From contig OZ024740.1 in assembly GCA_964016885.1 (NCBI GenBank), positions 7,688,001 through 7,752,000 of the forward strand: DNA of 64,000 nucleotides. The letters run 5' to 3'. Positions 13,316 to 27,900 of this stretch are shown one piece after another (the stretch's first letter is position 1; each line of letters begins with the position of its first letter). The notes beneath the pieces were generated by a model. The model was not told the DNA's origin, did no database searches, and saw only the letters and a list, made by a program, of their open reading frames with translations. The position numbers and the translations under genes were made by a program. The stretch is from Eledone cirrhosa (taxonomy: Eukaryota).

Positions 13316-15985
13316 TGGTATGTCAGTTTCTATTGGTTTGTCAGTTTCGATTGGTATTTCATTTTCTATTGGTATATCAGTTTCCATTGGTAGGTCAGTT
13401 TCTATTGGTATGACAGCTTCTATTAGTATACCAGTTTCTATTGGTATGTCAGTTTCGATTAGCATGACAATTTCTATTGGTATGTCAGTTTCTATTGGTA
13501 TGTATGTTTCTATTAGTATATCAGTTTTGATTGGTATATCAGTTTCGATTGGTATGTCAGTTTCTATTGATATATCAGTTTTGATTAGTATATCAGTTTC
13601 AATTAGTATGTCAGTTTCTATTGGTATATCAGTTTCGATTGGTATATCAGTTTCGATTAGTATGTCAATTTCTATTGGTATGTCAGTTTCTATTGGTATA
13701 TAAGTTTTGATTGGTATAACAGTTTCAATTAGTATGTCAGTTTCTATTGGTATATCAGTTTCGATTGCTATGTCAGTTGCTATTGTTATATCAATTTCGA
13801 TTGGTATGTCAGTCTCTATTGGTATGTCAGTTTCTATTGGTATATCAGTTTCGATAGGTATGTCAGTTTTGATTATTATATCAGTTACTATTGTTATCTC
13901 AGTTTCGATTGGTATGTCAGTTTCGATTCGTATATCAGTTTCGATTGGTATGTCAGCTTTGATTGGTATGTCAGTTTCAATTGGTATATCAGTTTCTATT
14001 GGTATGACAGTTTCGATTGATATATCAGTTTTGATTGGTGTGTCAGTTTGGATTGGTATGTCAGTTTCGATTGGTATGTCAGATTCTATTGGTATATCAT
14101 TTTCGATTGGTATATCAGTTTCGATTGGTATATCAGTTTCGATTGGTATATGAGTTTCGATTGGTATGTCATTTTCGATTAGTATATCAGTTTCTATTGG
14201 TATGTCAGTTTCGATTGGTATGTCAGATTCTATTAGTATATCAGTTTCGATTGGTATATAGGTTTCGATTGGTATATCAGTTTTGATTGGTATATCAGTT
14301 TCTATTGGTATATCAATTTCTATTGGTATGTCAGTTTTGATTGGTATATCAGTTTCGATTAGAATGTCAGTTTCGATTGGTATGTCAGTTTCGATTGGTA
14401 TATCAGTTTCGATAGGTACATCAGTTTCGATTGGTATGTCAGTTTTGATTGGTATATCAGTTTCTATTGCTATATCAGTTTCTGTTGGTATGTCAGTTTC
14501 GATTGGTATGTCAGTTTCTATTGGTATATCATTTTCGATTGGTATATCAGTTTCGTTTGGTATGTCAGTTTCTATTGGTATATCTGTTTCTATTGGTATG
14601 TCAGTTTTTATTGGTATATCAGTTTCGATTAGAATGTCATTTTCGATTGGTATGTCAGTTTCGATTGGTATATCAGTTTCGATAGGTATATCAGTTTCGA
14701 TTGGTATGTCAGTTTTGATTGGTATATCAGTTTCTATTGCTATATCAGTTTCGATTCGTATGTCAGTTTCGATTAGTATATCAGTTTCTATAAGTATGTC
14801 AGTTTCTATTGGTATATCAGTTTTCATTAGTATATCAGTTTCGATTGGTATGTTAGTTTCGTTTATTATATCAGTTACTATTGGTATGTCAGTTTCGATT
14901 GAAAAGTCAGTTTCGATTGGTATGTCAGTTTCTATTGTTATATCTGTTTCGATTGGTATGTCAGTTTCGATTAGTATATCAATTTCTATAGGTATGTCAG
15001 TTTCTATTGGTATATCAGTTTTAATTGGTATATCAGTTTCGATTGGTATTTTAGTTTTGAATGGTATGTCAGTTTCTATTGGTATATCAGTTTTGATTGA
15101 TATATCAGTTTCGATTAGTATGTCAGTTTCTAATGGTATGTCAGTTTCGATTAGTATATCAGTTTCTATTGGTATGTCAGTTTCGATTGGTATGTCAGTT
15201 TCGATTGGTATATCAGTTTTGATTGGTATGTCAGTTTCTATTGGTATATCAGTTTCTATTGGCATGTCAGTTTCGATTGGTATGTCAGTTTCAATTGGTA
15301 TGTCAATTTCGATGGGTATATCAGTTTCGTTTAGTATGTCAGTTTCTTTTGGTATGTCAGTTTCGATTATTATATCAGTTTTGATTGGTATATCAGTTTC
15401 TAATGGCATGTCAGTTTCGATTGATATGTCACTTTCAATTGGTATGTCAATTTCGATTGGTATATCAGTTTCGATTTGTATATCAGTTTCTATTGGTATG
15501 TCAGTTTCGATTATTATATCAGTTACTATTGGTATGTCAGTTTCGATTGCTATGTCAGTTTCGATTGGTATATCAGCTTCTATTGGTATGACAGTTTCGA
15601 TTGGTATATCAGTTTCGATTGGTATGTCAGTTCGGATTGGTATGTCTGTTTGTATTGGTATGTCAGTTTCGATTGGTATGTCAATTTCGATTGGTATATC
15701 AGTTTCAATTAGTATGTTAGTTTCTATTGGTATATCAGTTTCGATTGGTATGTGAGTTTCGATTAGTATGTCAATTTCTATTGGTATGTCAGCTTCTATT
15801 GGTATATCAGTTTGGATTGATATGTCAGTTTCGATTGGTATGTCAGTTTCGATTGGTATATCAGTTTCGATTGTTATATCAGTTTCTATAGCTATATCAG
15901 TTTCTATTGGTATGTCAGTTTCGATTGGTATGTCAGATGCTAGTGGTATATCAGTTTCGATTGGTATGTCAGTTTCTATTGGCAT
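12830..15985 (-). other. Longest repeat-derived ORF, (IETDIP)n, 1051 aa; probably non-coding
   Basis: The monomer reads ATM GAA ACT GAY ATA CCA on the minus strand. The ORF has no unique N- or C-terminal domain, and its ends are set by point variants. Confidence 0.1.
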
Positions 15986-18900
15986 GTCAGTTTCGATTAT
16001 TATATCAGTTACTATTTGTATCTCAGTTTCGATTTGTATGTCAGTTTCGATTGGTATATCAGTTACGATTGGTATGTCAGTTTCTATTGGTATATCAGTT
16101 TCTATTGGTATGTCAGTTTCTATAGGTATGTCAGTTTCTATTGGTATATTAGTTTCGATTGGTATGTCAGTTTCTATTTGTTTGTCAGTTTCGATTATTA
16201 TATCAGTTACTATTGGTATGTCAGTTTCGATTGGTATATCAGTTTCTATTGCTATATCAGTTTCGGTTGGTATGTCAGTTTCGATTGGTATGTTAGTTTC
16301 TATTGGTATATCAGTTTCGATTGGTATATCAGTTTCGTTTGGTATGTCAGTTTTTATTGGTATATCAGTTTCGATTAGAATGTCATTTTCGATTGGTATG
16401 TCAGTTTCGATTGGTATATCAGTTTCGATAGGTATATCAGTTTCGATTGGTATGTCAGTTTTGATTGGTATATCAGTTTCTATTGCTATATCAGTTTCTG
16501 TTGGTATGTCAGTTTCGATTCATATGTCAGTTTCGATTAGTATATCAGTTTCTATAGGTATGTCAGTTTCTACTTGTATATCAGTTTTGATTGGTATATC
16601 AGTTTCTATTGGTATGTCAGTTTCGATTGGTATTTCAGTTGCTATTGGTATATCAGTTTCCATTGGTAGGTCAGTTTCTATTGGTAGGTCAGTTTCTATT
16701 GGTATACCAGTTTCGACTGGTATGTCAGTTTCGATTAGTATGTCAATTTCTACTGGTATGTCAGTTTCTATTGGTATGTATGTTTCTATTAGAATATCAG
16801 TTTTGATTGGTATATCAGTTTCGATTGGTATGTCAGTTTCTATTGGTATATCAGTTTTTATTGGTATATCATTTTCAATTAGTATGTCAGTTTCTATTTG
16901 TATATCAGTTTCGATTGGTATTTCAGTTTCAATTGGTATGTCAATTTCTATTGGTATGTCAGTTTCGATAGGTATGTCAGTTTTTATTGGTATATCAGTT
17001 TCGATTGGTATGTCAGTTTCTATTGGTTTGTCAGTTTCGATTGGTATTTCATTTTCTATTGGTATATCAGTTTCCATTGGTAGGTCAGTTTCTATTGGTA
17101 TGACAGCTTCTATTAGTATACCAGTTTCTATTGGTATGTCAGTTTCGATTAGCATGACAATTTCTATTGGTATGTCAGTTTCTATTGGTATGTATGTTTC
17201 TATTAGTATATCAGTTTTGATTGGTATATCAGTTTCGATTGGTATGTCAGTTTCTATTGATATATCAGTTTTGATTAGTATATCAGTTTCAATTAGTATG
17301 TCAGTTTCTATTGGTATATCAGTTTCGATTGGTATATCAGTTTCGATTAGTATGTCAATTTCTATTGGTATGTCAGTTTCTATTGGTATATAAGTTTTGA
17401 TTGGTATAACAGTTTCAATTAGTATGTCAGTTTCTATTGGTATATCAGTTTCGATTGCTATGTCAGTTGCTATTGTTATATCAATTTCGATTGGTATGTC
17501 AGTCTCTATTGGTATGTCAGTTTCTATTGGTATATCAGTTTCGATAGGTATGTCAGTTTTGATTATTATATCAGTTACTATTGTTATCTCAGTTTCGATT
17601 TGTATGTCAGTTTCGATTGGTATATCAGTTTCGATTGGTATGTCAGTTTCTATTGGTATATCAGTTTCGATTGGTATGTCAGTTTCTATTGGTTTGTCAG
17701 TTTCGTTTATTATATCAGTTACTATTGGTATGTCAGTTTCGATTGGTATGTCAGTTTCGATTGGTATATCAGTTTCTATTGGTATGACAGTTTTGATTGG
17801 TATATCAGTTTGGATTGGTACGTCAGTTTGGATTGGTATATCAGTTTTGATTAGTATGTCAGCTTCTATTGGTATATCAGTTTCGATTGGTATATCAGTT
17901 TCGATTGGTATATGAGTTTCGATTGGTATGTCATTTTCGATTAGTATATCAGTTTCTATTGGTATGTCAGTTTCGATTGGTATGTCAGATTCTATTAGTA
18001 TATCAGTTTCGATTGGTATATCAGTTTTGATTGGTATATCAGTTTTGATTGGTATATCAGTTTCTATTGGTATATCAATTTCTATTGGTATGTCAGTTTT
18101 GATTGGTATATCAGTTTCGATTAGAATGTCAGTTTCGATTGGTATGTCAGTTTAGATTGGTATATCAGTTTCGATAGGTATATCAGTTTCGATTGGTATG
18201 TCAGTTTTGATTGGTATATCAGTTTCTATTGCTATATCAGTTTCGGTTGGTATGTCAGTTTCGATTGGTATGTCAGTTTCTATTGGTATATCAGTTTCGA
18301 TTGGTATATCAGTTTCGTTTGGTATGTCAGTTTCTATTGGTATATCAGTTTCTATTGGTATGTCAGTTTTTATTGGTATATCAGTTTCGATTAGAATGTC
18401 ATTTTCGATTGGTATGTCAGTTTCGATTGGTATATCAGTTTCGATAGGTATATCAGTTTCGATTGGTATGTCAGTTTTGATTGGTATATCAGTTTCTATT
18501 GCTATATCAGTTTCTGTTGGTATGTCAGTTTCGATTCATATGTCAGTTTCGATTAGTATATCAGTTTCTATAGGTATGTCAGTTTCTACTTGTATATCAG
18601 TTTTGATTGGTATATCAGTTTCTATTGGTATGTCAGTTTCGATTGGTATTTCAGTTGTTATTGGTATATCAGTTTCCATTGGTAGGTCAGTTTCTATTGG
18701 TAGGTCAGTTTCTATTGGTATACCAGTTTCGACTGGTATGTCAGTTTCGATTAGTATGTCAATTTCTACTGGTATGTCAGTTTCTATTGGTATGTATGTT
18801 TCTATTAGTATATCAGTTTTGATTGGTATATCAGTTTCGATTGCTATGTCAGTTTCTATTGGTATATCAGTTTTTATTGGTATATCATTTTCAATTAGTA

Positions 18901-21900
18901 TGTCAGTTTCTATTTGTATATCAGTTTCGATTGCTATGTCAGTTTCAATTGGTATGTCAATTTCTATTGGTATGTCAGTTTCTATTGGTATATCAGTTTC
19001 TATTGGTATGTCAGTTTCGATTGGTATGTCAGTTTCGATTGGTATGTCAGTTTCGATTGGTATATCAGTCTCGAATGGTATGTCAATCTCGATTGGTATG
19101 TCAGTTTCAATTGGTATGTCATTTTCTATTGGTATGTCAGTTTCTATTGGTATATCAGTTTCGATTGGTATGTCAGTTTCGATTGGTATATCAGTTTCGA
19201 TTGGTATGTCAGTTTCGATCGGTATATCAGTTTAGATTGGTATATCAGTTTCTATTGTTATATCAGTTTCTATTGGTATGTCAGTTTCGATTGGTATCTC
19301 AGTTGTTATTGGTATATCAGTTTCGATTGATATATCAGTTTCGATTAGTATGTCAGTTTCTAATGGTATGTCAGTTTCGATTAGTATATCAGTTTCTATT
19401 GGTATGTCAGTTTCGATTGGTATGTCAGTTTCTATTGGTATGTCAGTTTCGATTATTATATCAGTTACTATTGGTATCTCGGTTTCGATTTGTATGTCAG
19501 TTTCGATTGGTATATCAGTTTCGATAGGAATGTCAGTTTTTATTGGTATATCAGTTTCGATTGGTATGATAGTTTCGATTGATATATCAGTTTCGATTGG
19601 TATGTCAGTTTCGATTCGTATATCAGTTTCGATTGGTATGTCAGCTTTGATTGGTATGTCAGTTTCAATTGGTATATCAGTTTCTATTGGTATGACAGTT
19701 TCGATTGATATATCAGTTTTGATTGGTGTGTCAGTTTGGATTGGTATGTCAGTTTCGATTGGTATGTCAGATTCTATTGGTATATCATTTTCGATTGGTA
19801 TATCAGTTTCGATTGGTATATCAGTTTCGATTGGTATATGAGTTTCGATTGGTATGTCATTTTCGATTAGTATATCAGTTTCTATTGGTATGTCAGTTTC
19901 GATTGGTATGTCAGATTCTATTAGTATATCAGTTTCGATTGGTATATAGGTTTCGATTGGTATATCAGTTTTGATTGGTATATCAGTTTCTATTGGTATA
20001 TCAATTTCTATTGGTATGTCAGTTTTGATTGGTATATCAGTTTCGATTAGAATGTCAGTTTCGATTGGTATGTCAGTTTCGATTGGTATATCAGTTTCGA
20101 TAGGTATATCAGTTTCGATTGGTATGTCAGTTTTGATTGGTATATCAGTTTCTATTGCTATATCAGTTTCTGTTGGTATGTCAGTTTCGATTGGTATGTC
20201 AGTTTCTATTGGTATATCATTTTCGATTGGTATATCAGTTTCGTTTGGTATGTCAGTTTCTATTGGTATATCTGTTTCTATTGGTATGTCAGTTTTTATT
20301 GGTATATCAGTTTCGATTAGAATGTCATTTTCGATTGGTATGTCAGTTTCGATTGGTATATCAGTTTCGATAGGTATATCAGTTTCGATTGGTATGTCAG
20401 TTTTGATTGGTATATCAGTTTCTATTGCTATATCAGTTTCGATTCGTATGTCAGTTTCGATTAGTATATCAGTTTCTATAGGTATGTCAGTTTCTATTGG
20501 TATATCAGTTTTCATTAGTATATCAGTTTCGATTGGTATGTTAGTTTCGTTTATTATATCAGTTACTATTGGTATGTCAGTTTCGATTGAAAAGTCAGTT
20601 TCGATTGGTATGTCAGTTTCTATTGTTATATCTGTTTCGATTGGTATGTCAGTTTCGATTAGTATATCAATTTCTATAGGTATGTCAGTTTCTATTGGTA
20701 TATCAGTTTTGATTGGTATATCAGTTTCGATTGGTATTTTAGTTTTGAATGGTATGTCAGTTTCTATTGGTATATCAGTTTTGATTGATATATCAGTTTC
20801 GATTAGTATGTCAGTTTCTAATGGTATGTCAGTTTCGATTAGTATATCAGTTTCTATTGGTATGTCAGTTTCGATTGGTATGTCAGTTTCGATTGGTATA
20901 TCAGTTTTGATTGGTATGTCAGTTTCTATTGGTATATCAGTTTCTATTGGCATGTCAGTTTCGATTGGTATGTCAGTTTCAATTGGTATGTCAATTTCGA
21001 TGGGTATATCAGTTTCGTTTAGTATGTCAGTTTCTTTTGGTATGTCAGTTTCGATTATTATATCAGTTTTGATTGGTATATCAGTTTCTAATGGCATGTC
21101 AGTTTCGATTGATATGTCACTTTCAATTGGTATGTCAATTTCGATTGGTATATCAGTTTCGATTTGTATATCAGTTTCTATTGGTATGTCAGTTTCGATT
21201 ATTATATCAGTTACTATTGGTATGTCAGTTTCGATTGCTATGTCAGTTTCGATTGGTATATCAGCTTCTATTGGTATGACAGTTTCGATTGGTATATCAG
21301 TTTCGATTGGTATGTCAGTTCGGATTGGTATGTCTGTTTGTATTGGTATGTCAGTTTCGATTGGTATGTCAATTTCGATTGGTATATCAGTTTCAATTAG
21401 TATGTTAGTTTCTATTGGTATATCAGTTTCGATTGGTATGTGAGTTTCGATTAGTATGTCAATTTCTATTGGTATGTCAGCTTCTATTGGTATATCAGTT
21501 TGGATTGGTATGTCAGTTTCGATTGGTATGTCAGTTTCGATTGGTATATCAGTTTCGATTGTTATATCAGTTTCTATAGCTATATCAGTTTCTATTGGTA
21601 TGTCAGTTTCGATTGGTATGTCAGATGCTAGTGGTATATCAGTTTCGATTGGTATGTCAGTTTCTATTGGCATGTCAGTTTCGATTATTATATCAGTTAC
21701 TATTTGTATCTCAGTTTCGATTTGTATGTCAGTTTCGATTGGTATATCAGTTACGATTGGTATGTCAGTTTCTATTGGTATATCAGTTTCTATTGGTATG
21801 TCAGTTTCTATAGGTATGTCAGTTTCTATTGGTATATTAGTTTCGATTGGTATGTCAGTTTCTATTTGTTTGTCAGTTTCGATTATTATATCAGTTACTA

Positions 21901-24900
21901 TTGGTATGTCAGTTTCGATTGGTATAACAGTTTCGATTGGTATATCAGTTTCGATTGGTATGTCAGTTTCGATTGGTATGTCAGTTTCGATTGGTATATC
22001 AGTTTCTATTTGTATGACAGTTTCGATTGGTATATCAGTTTCGATTGGTATGTCAGTTTGGATTGGTATGTCAGTTTCGATTGGTATGTCAATTTCGATT
22101 GGTATATCAGTTTTGATTGGTATGTCAGTTTCTAATTGTATATCAGTCTCGATTGGTATATCAGTTTCGATTGGTATGTCAGTTTCGATTGGTATGTCAG
22201 TTGCTATTGGTATATCAGTTTCCATTGGTAGGTCATTTTCTATTGGTATGTCAGTTTCTATTGGTATCGCATTTTCGATTGGTATGTCAGTTTCGATTAG
22301 TATGTCAATTTCTATTGGTATGTCAGTTTCTATTGGTATGTCTGTTTCTAGTAGTATATCAGTTTTTATTGGTATATCAGTTTCGATTGGTATGCCAGTT
22401 TCTATTGGTATATCAGTTTTTATTGGTATATCAGTTTCAATTAGTATGTCAGTTTCTATTTGTATATCAGTTTCGATTGGTATGTCAGTTTCAATTGGTA
22501 TGTCAATTTCTATTGGTATGTCAGTTTCTATTGGTATATCAGTTTCGATTGGTATGTCAGTTTCGATTGGTATGTCAGTTTCGATTGGTATGTCAGTTTC
22601 GATTGGTATATCAGTCTCGAATGGTATGTCAATCTCGATTGGTATGTCAGTTTCAATTGGTATGTCAATTTCTATTGGTATGTCAGTTTCTATTGGTATA
22701 TCAGTTTCGATTGGTATGTCAGTTTCGATTGGTATATCAGTTTCGATTGGTATGTCAGTTTCGATTGGTATATCAGTTTCGATTGGTATATCAGTTTCTA
22801 TTGCTATGTCAGTTTCTATTGGTATGTCAGTTTCGATTGGTATGTCAGTTGTTATTGGTATATCAGTTTCGATTGGTATGTCAGTTTCTATTGGTATGTC
22901 AGTTTCGATTATTATATCAGTTACTATTGGTATCTCGGTGTCGATTTGTATGTCAGTTTCGAATGGTATATCAGTTTCGATAGGAATGTCAGTTTCTATT
23001 GGTATATCAGTTTCGATTGGTATGACAGTTTCGATTGATATATCAGTTTCGATTGGTATGTCAGTTTCGATTGGTATATCAGTTTTGATTGGTATGTCAG
23101 CTTCGATTGGTATGTCAGTTTCGATTGGTATATCAGTTTCTATTGGTATGACAGTTTCGATTGATATATCAGTTTCGATTGGTATGTCAGTTTGGATTTG
23201 TATGTCAGTTTCGATTGGTATGTCAGATTCTATTGGTATATCATTTTCGATTGGTATATCAGTTTCGATTGGTATATCAGTTTCGATTGGTATATCAGTT
23301 TCTATTGGTATGTCAGTTTCGATTGGTATATCAGTTTCGATTGGTATATCAGTTTCGATTGGTATGTCAGTTTCGAATGGTATGTCAGTTTCTATTGGTA
23401 TATCAGTTTCGATTTATATATCAGTTTCGATTAGTATGTCAGTTTCTAATGGTATGTCAGTTTCGATTTGTATATCAGTTTCTATTGGTATGTCAGTCTC
23501 GATTGGTATATCAGTTTCGAATAGTATGTCAGTTTGGATTGGTATGTGAGTTTCGATTGGTATGTCAGCTTCTATTCGTATATCAGTTTCGATTGGTATA
23601 TCAGTTTCGATTAGTATATGAGTTTCGATTGGTATGTCATTTTCGATTAGTATATCAGTTTCTATTGGTATGTCAGTTTCGATTGGTATGTCAGATTCTA
23701 TTAGTATATCAGTTTCGATTGGTATATCAGTTTCGATTGGTATATCAGTTTTGATTGGTATATCAGTTTCTATTGGTATATCAATTTCTATTGGTATGTC
23801 AGTTTTGATTGGTATATCAGTTTCGATTAGAATGTCAGTTTCGATTGGTATGTCAGTTTCGATTGGTATATCAGTTTCGATAGGTATATCAGTTTCGATT
23901 GGTATGTCAGTTTCGATTGGTATATCAGTTTCTATTGCTATATCAGTTTCTGTTGGTATGTCAGTTTCGATTGGTATGTCAGTTTCTATTGGTATATCAG
24001 TTTCTATTGGTATGTCAGTTTTTATTGGTATATCAGTTTCTATTAGAATGTCATTTTCGATTGGTATGTCAGTTTCGATTGGTATATCAGTTTCGATAGG
24101 TATATCAGTTTTGATTGGTATATTAGTTTCTATTGGTATGTCAGTTTCGATTGGTATTTCAGTTGCTATTGGTATATCAGTTTCCATTGGTAGGTCAGTT
24201 TCTATTGGTAGGTCAGTTTCTATTGGTATACCAGTTTCGACTGGTATGTCAGTTTCGATTAGTATGTCAATTTCTACTGGTATGTCAGTTTCTATTGGTA
24301 TGTATGTTTCTATTAGTATATCAGTTTTGATTGGTATATCAGTTTCGATTGGTATGTCAGTTTCTATTGGTATATCAGTTTTTATTGGTATATCATTTTC
24401 AATTAGTATGTCAGTTTCTATTTGTATATCAGTTTCGATTGGTATGTCAGTTTCAATTGGTATGTCAATTTCTATTGGTATGTCAGTTTCTATTGGTATA
24501 TCAGTTTCTATTGGTATGTCAGTTTCGATTGGTATGTCAGTTTCGATTGGTATGTCAGTTTCGATTGGTATATCAGTCTCGAATGGTATGTCAATCTCGA
24601 TTGGTATGTCAGTTTCAATTGGTATGTCATTTTCTATTGGTATGTCAGTTTCTATTGGTATATCAGTTTCGATTGGTATGTCAGTTTCGATTGGTATATC
24701 AGTTTCGATTGGTATGTCAGTTTCGATCAGTATATCAGTTTAGATTGGTATATCAGTTTCTATTGTTATATCAGTTTCTATTGGTATGTCAGTTTCGATT
24801 GGTATCTCAGTTGTTATTGGTATATCAGTTTCGATTGGTATGTCAGTTTCTATTGGTATGTCAGTTTCGATTATTATATCAGTTACTATTGGTATCTCGG

Positions 24901-27900
24901 TTTCGATTTGTATGTCAGTTTCGATTGGTATATCAGTTTCGACAGGAATGTCAGTTTTTATTGGTATATCAGTTTCGATTGGTATGATAGTTTCGATTGA
25001 TATATCAGTTTCGATTGGTATGTCAGTTTCGATTCGTATATCAGTTTCGATTGGTATGTCAGCTTTGATTGGTATGTCAGTTTCAATTGGTATATCAGTT
25101 TCTATTGGTATGACAGTTTCGATTGATATATCAGTTTTGATTGGTATGTCAGTTTGGATTGGTATGTCAGTTTCGATTGGTATGTCAGATTCTATTGGTA
25201 TATCATTTTCGATTGGTATATCAGTTTCGATTGGTATATCAGTTTCGATTGGTATATGAGTTTCGATTGGTATGTCATTTTCGATTAGTATATCAGTTTC
25301 TATTGGTATGTCAGTTTCGATTGGTATGTCAGATTCTATTAGTATATCAGTTTCGATTGGTATATCAGTTTCGATTGGTATATCAGTTTTGATTGGTATA
25401 TCAGTTTCTATTGGTATATCAATTTCTATTGGTATGTCAGTTTTGATTGGTATATCAGTTTCGATTAGAATGTCAGTTTCGATTGGTATGTCAGTTTCGA
25501 TTGGTATATCAGTTTCGATAGGTATATCAGTTTCGATTGGTATGTCAGTTTTGATTGGTATATCAGTTTCTATTGCTATATCAGTTTCTGTTGGTATGTC
25601 ACTTTCGATTGGTATGTCAGTTTCTATTGGGATATCATTTTCGATTGGTATATCAGTTTCGTTTGGTATGTCAGTTTCTATTGGTATATCAGTTTCTATT
25701 GGTATGTCAGTTTTTATTGGTATATCAGTTTCGATTAGAATGTCATTTTCGATTGGTATGTCAGTTTCGATTGGTATATCAGTTTCGATAGGTATATCAG
25801 TATCGATTGGTATGTCAGTTTTGATTGGTATATCAGTTTCTATTGCTATATCAGTTTCGATTCGTATGTCAGTTTCGATTAGTATATCAGTTTCTATAGG
25901 TATGTCAGTTTCTATTGGTATATCAGTTTTCATTAGTATATCAGTTTCGATTGGTATGTTAGTTTCGTTTATTATATCAGTTACTATTGGTATGTCAGTT
26001 TCGATTGAAAAGTCAGTTTCGATTGGTATGTCAGTTTCTATTGGTATATCTGTTTCGATTGGTATGTCAGTTTCGATTAGTATATCAATTTCTATAGGAA
26101 TGTCAGTTTCTATTGGTATATCAGTTTTGATTGGTATATCAGTTTCGATTGGTATGTAAGTTTCGAATGGTATGTCAGTTTCTATTGGTATATCAGTTTC
26201 GATTTGTATATCAGTTTCTATTGGTATGTCAGTTTCGATTATTATATCAGTTACTATTGGTATGTAAGTTTCGATTGCTATGTCAGTTTCGATTGGTATA
26301 TCAGTTTCTATTGGTATGACAGTTTCGATTGGTATATCAGTTTCGATTTTTATGTCAGTTTCGAATGGTATGTCAGTTTCTATTGGTATATCAGTTTTGA
26401 TTGATATATCAGTTTCGATTAGTATGTCAGTTTCTAATGGTATGTCAGTTTCGATTAGTATATCAGTTTCTATTGGTATGTCAGTTTCTATTGGTATATC
26501 ATTTTCGATTGGTATATCAGTTTCGTTTGGTATGTCAGTTTCTATTGGTATATCAGTTTCTATTGGTATGTCAGTTTTTATTGGTATATCAGTTTCGATT
26601 AGAATGTCATTTTCGATTGGTATGTCAGTTTCGATTGGTATATCAGTTTCGATAGGTATATCAGTTTCGATTGGTATGTCAGTTTTGATTGGTATATCAT
26701 TTTCTATTGCTATATCAGTTTCGATTCGTATGTCAGTTTTTCGATTAGTATATCAGTTTCTATAGGTATGTCAGTTTCTATTGGTATATCAGTTTTCATT
26801 AGTATATCAGTTTCGATTGGTATGTTAGTTTCGTTTATTATATCAGTTACTATTGGTATGTCAGTTTCGATTGAAAAGTCAGTTTCGATTGGTATGTCAG
26901 TTTCTATTGGTATATCTGTTTCGATTGGTATGTCAGTTTCGATTAGTATATCAATTTCTATAGGTATGTCAGTTTCTATTGGTATATCAGTTTTGATTGG
27001 TATATCAGTTTCGATTGGTATGTAAGTTTCGAATGGTATGTAAGTTTCTATTGGTATATCAGTTTTGATTGATATATCAGTTTCGATTAGTATGTCAGTT
27101 TCTAATGGTATGTCAGTTTCGATTAGTATATCAGTTTCTATTGGTATGTCAGTTTCGATTGGTATGTCAGTTTCGATTGGTATATCAGTTTTGATTGGTA
27201 TGTCAGTTTCTATTGGTATGTCAGTTTCTATTGGCATGTCAGTTTCGATTGGTATGTCAGTTTCAATTGGTATGTCAATTTCGATGGGTATATCAGTTTC
27301 GATTAGTATGTCAGTTTCTTTTGGTATGTCAGTTTCGATTATTATATCAGTTTTGATTGGTATATCAGTTTCTAATGGCATGTCAGTTTCGATTGATATG
27401 TCACTTTCAATTGGTATGTCAATTTCGATTGGTATATCAGTTTCGATTTGTATATCAGTTTCTATTGGTATGTCAGTTTCGATTATTATATCAGTTACTA
27501 TTGGTATGTAAGTTTCGATTGCTATGTCAGTTTCGATTGGTATATCAGTTTCTATTGGTATGACAGTTTCGATTGGTATATCAGTTTCGATTGGTATGTC
27601 AGTTCGGATTGGTATGTCTGTTTGTATTGGTATGTCAGTTTCGATTGGTATGTCAGTTTCGATTGGTAAGTCAATTTCGATTGGTATATCAGTTTCAATT
27701 AGTATGTTAGTTTCTATTGGTATATCAGTTTCGATTGGTATGTGAGTTTCGATTAGTATGTCAATTTCTATTGGTATGTCAGCTTCTATTGGTATATCAG
27801 TTTCGATTGGTATGTCAGTTTCGATTGGTATGTCAGTTTCGATTGGTATATCAGTTCCGATTGTTATATCAGTTTCTATAGCTATATCAGTTTCTATTGG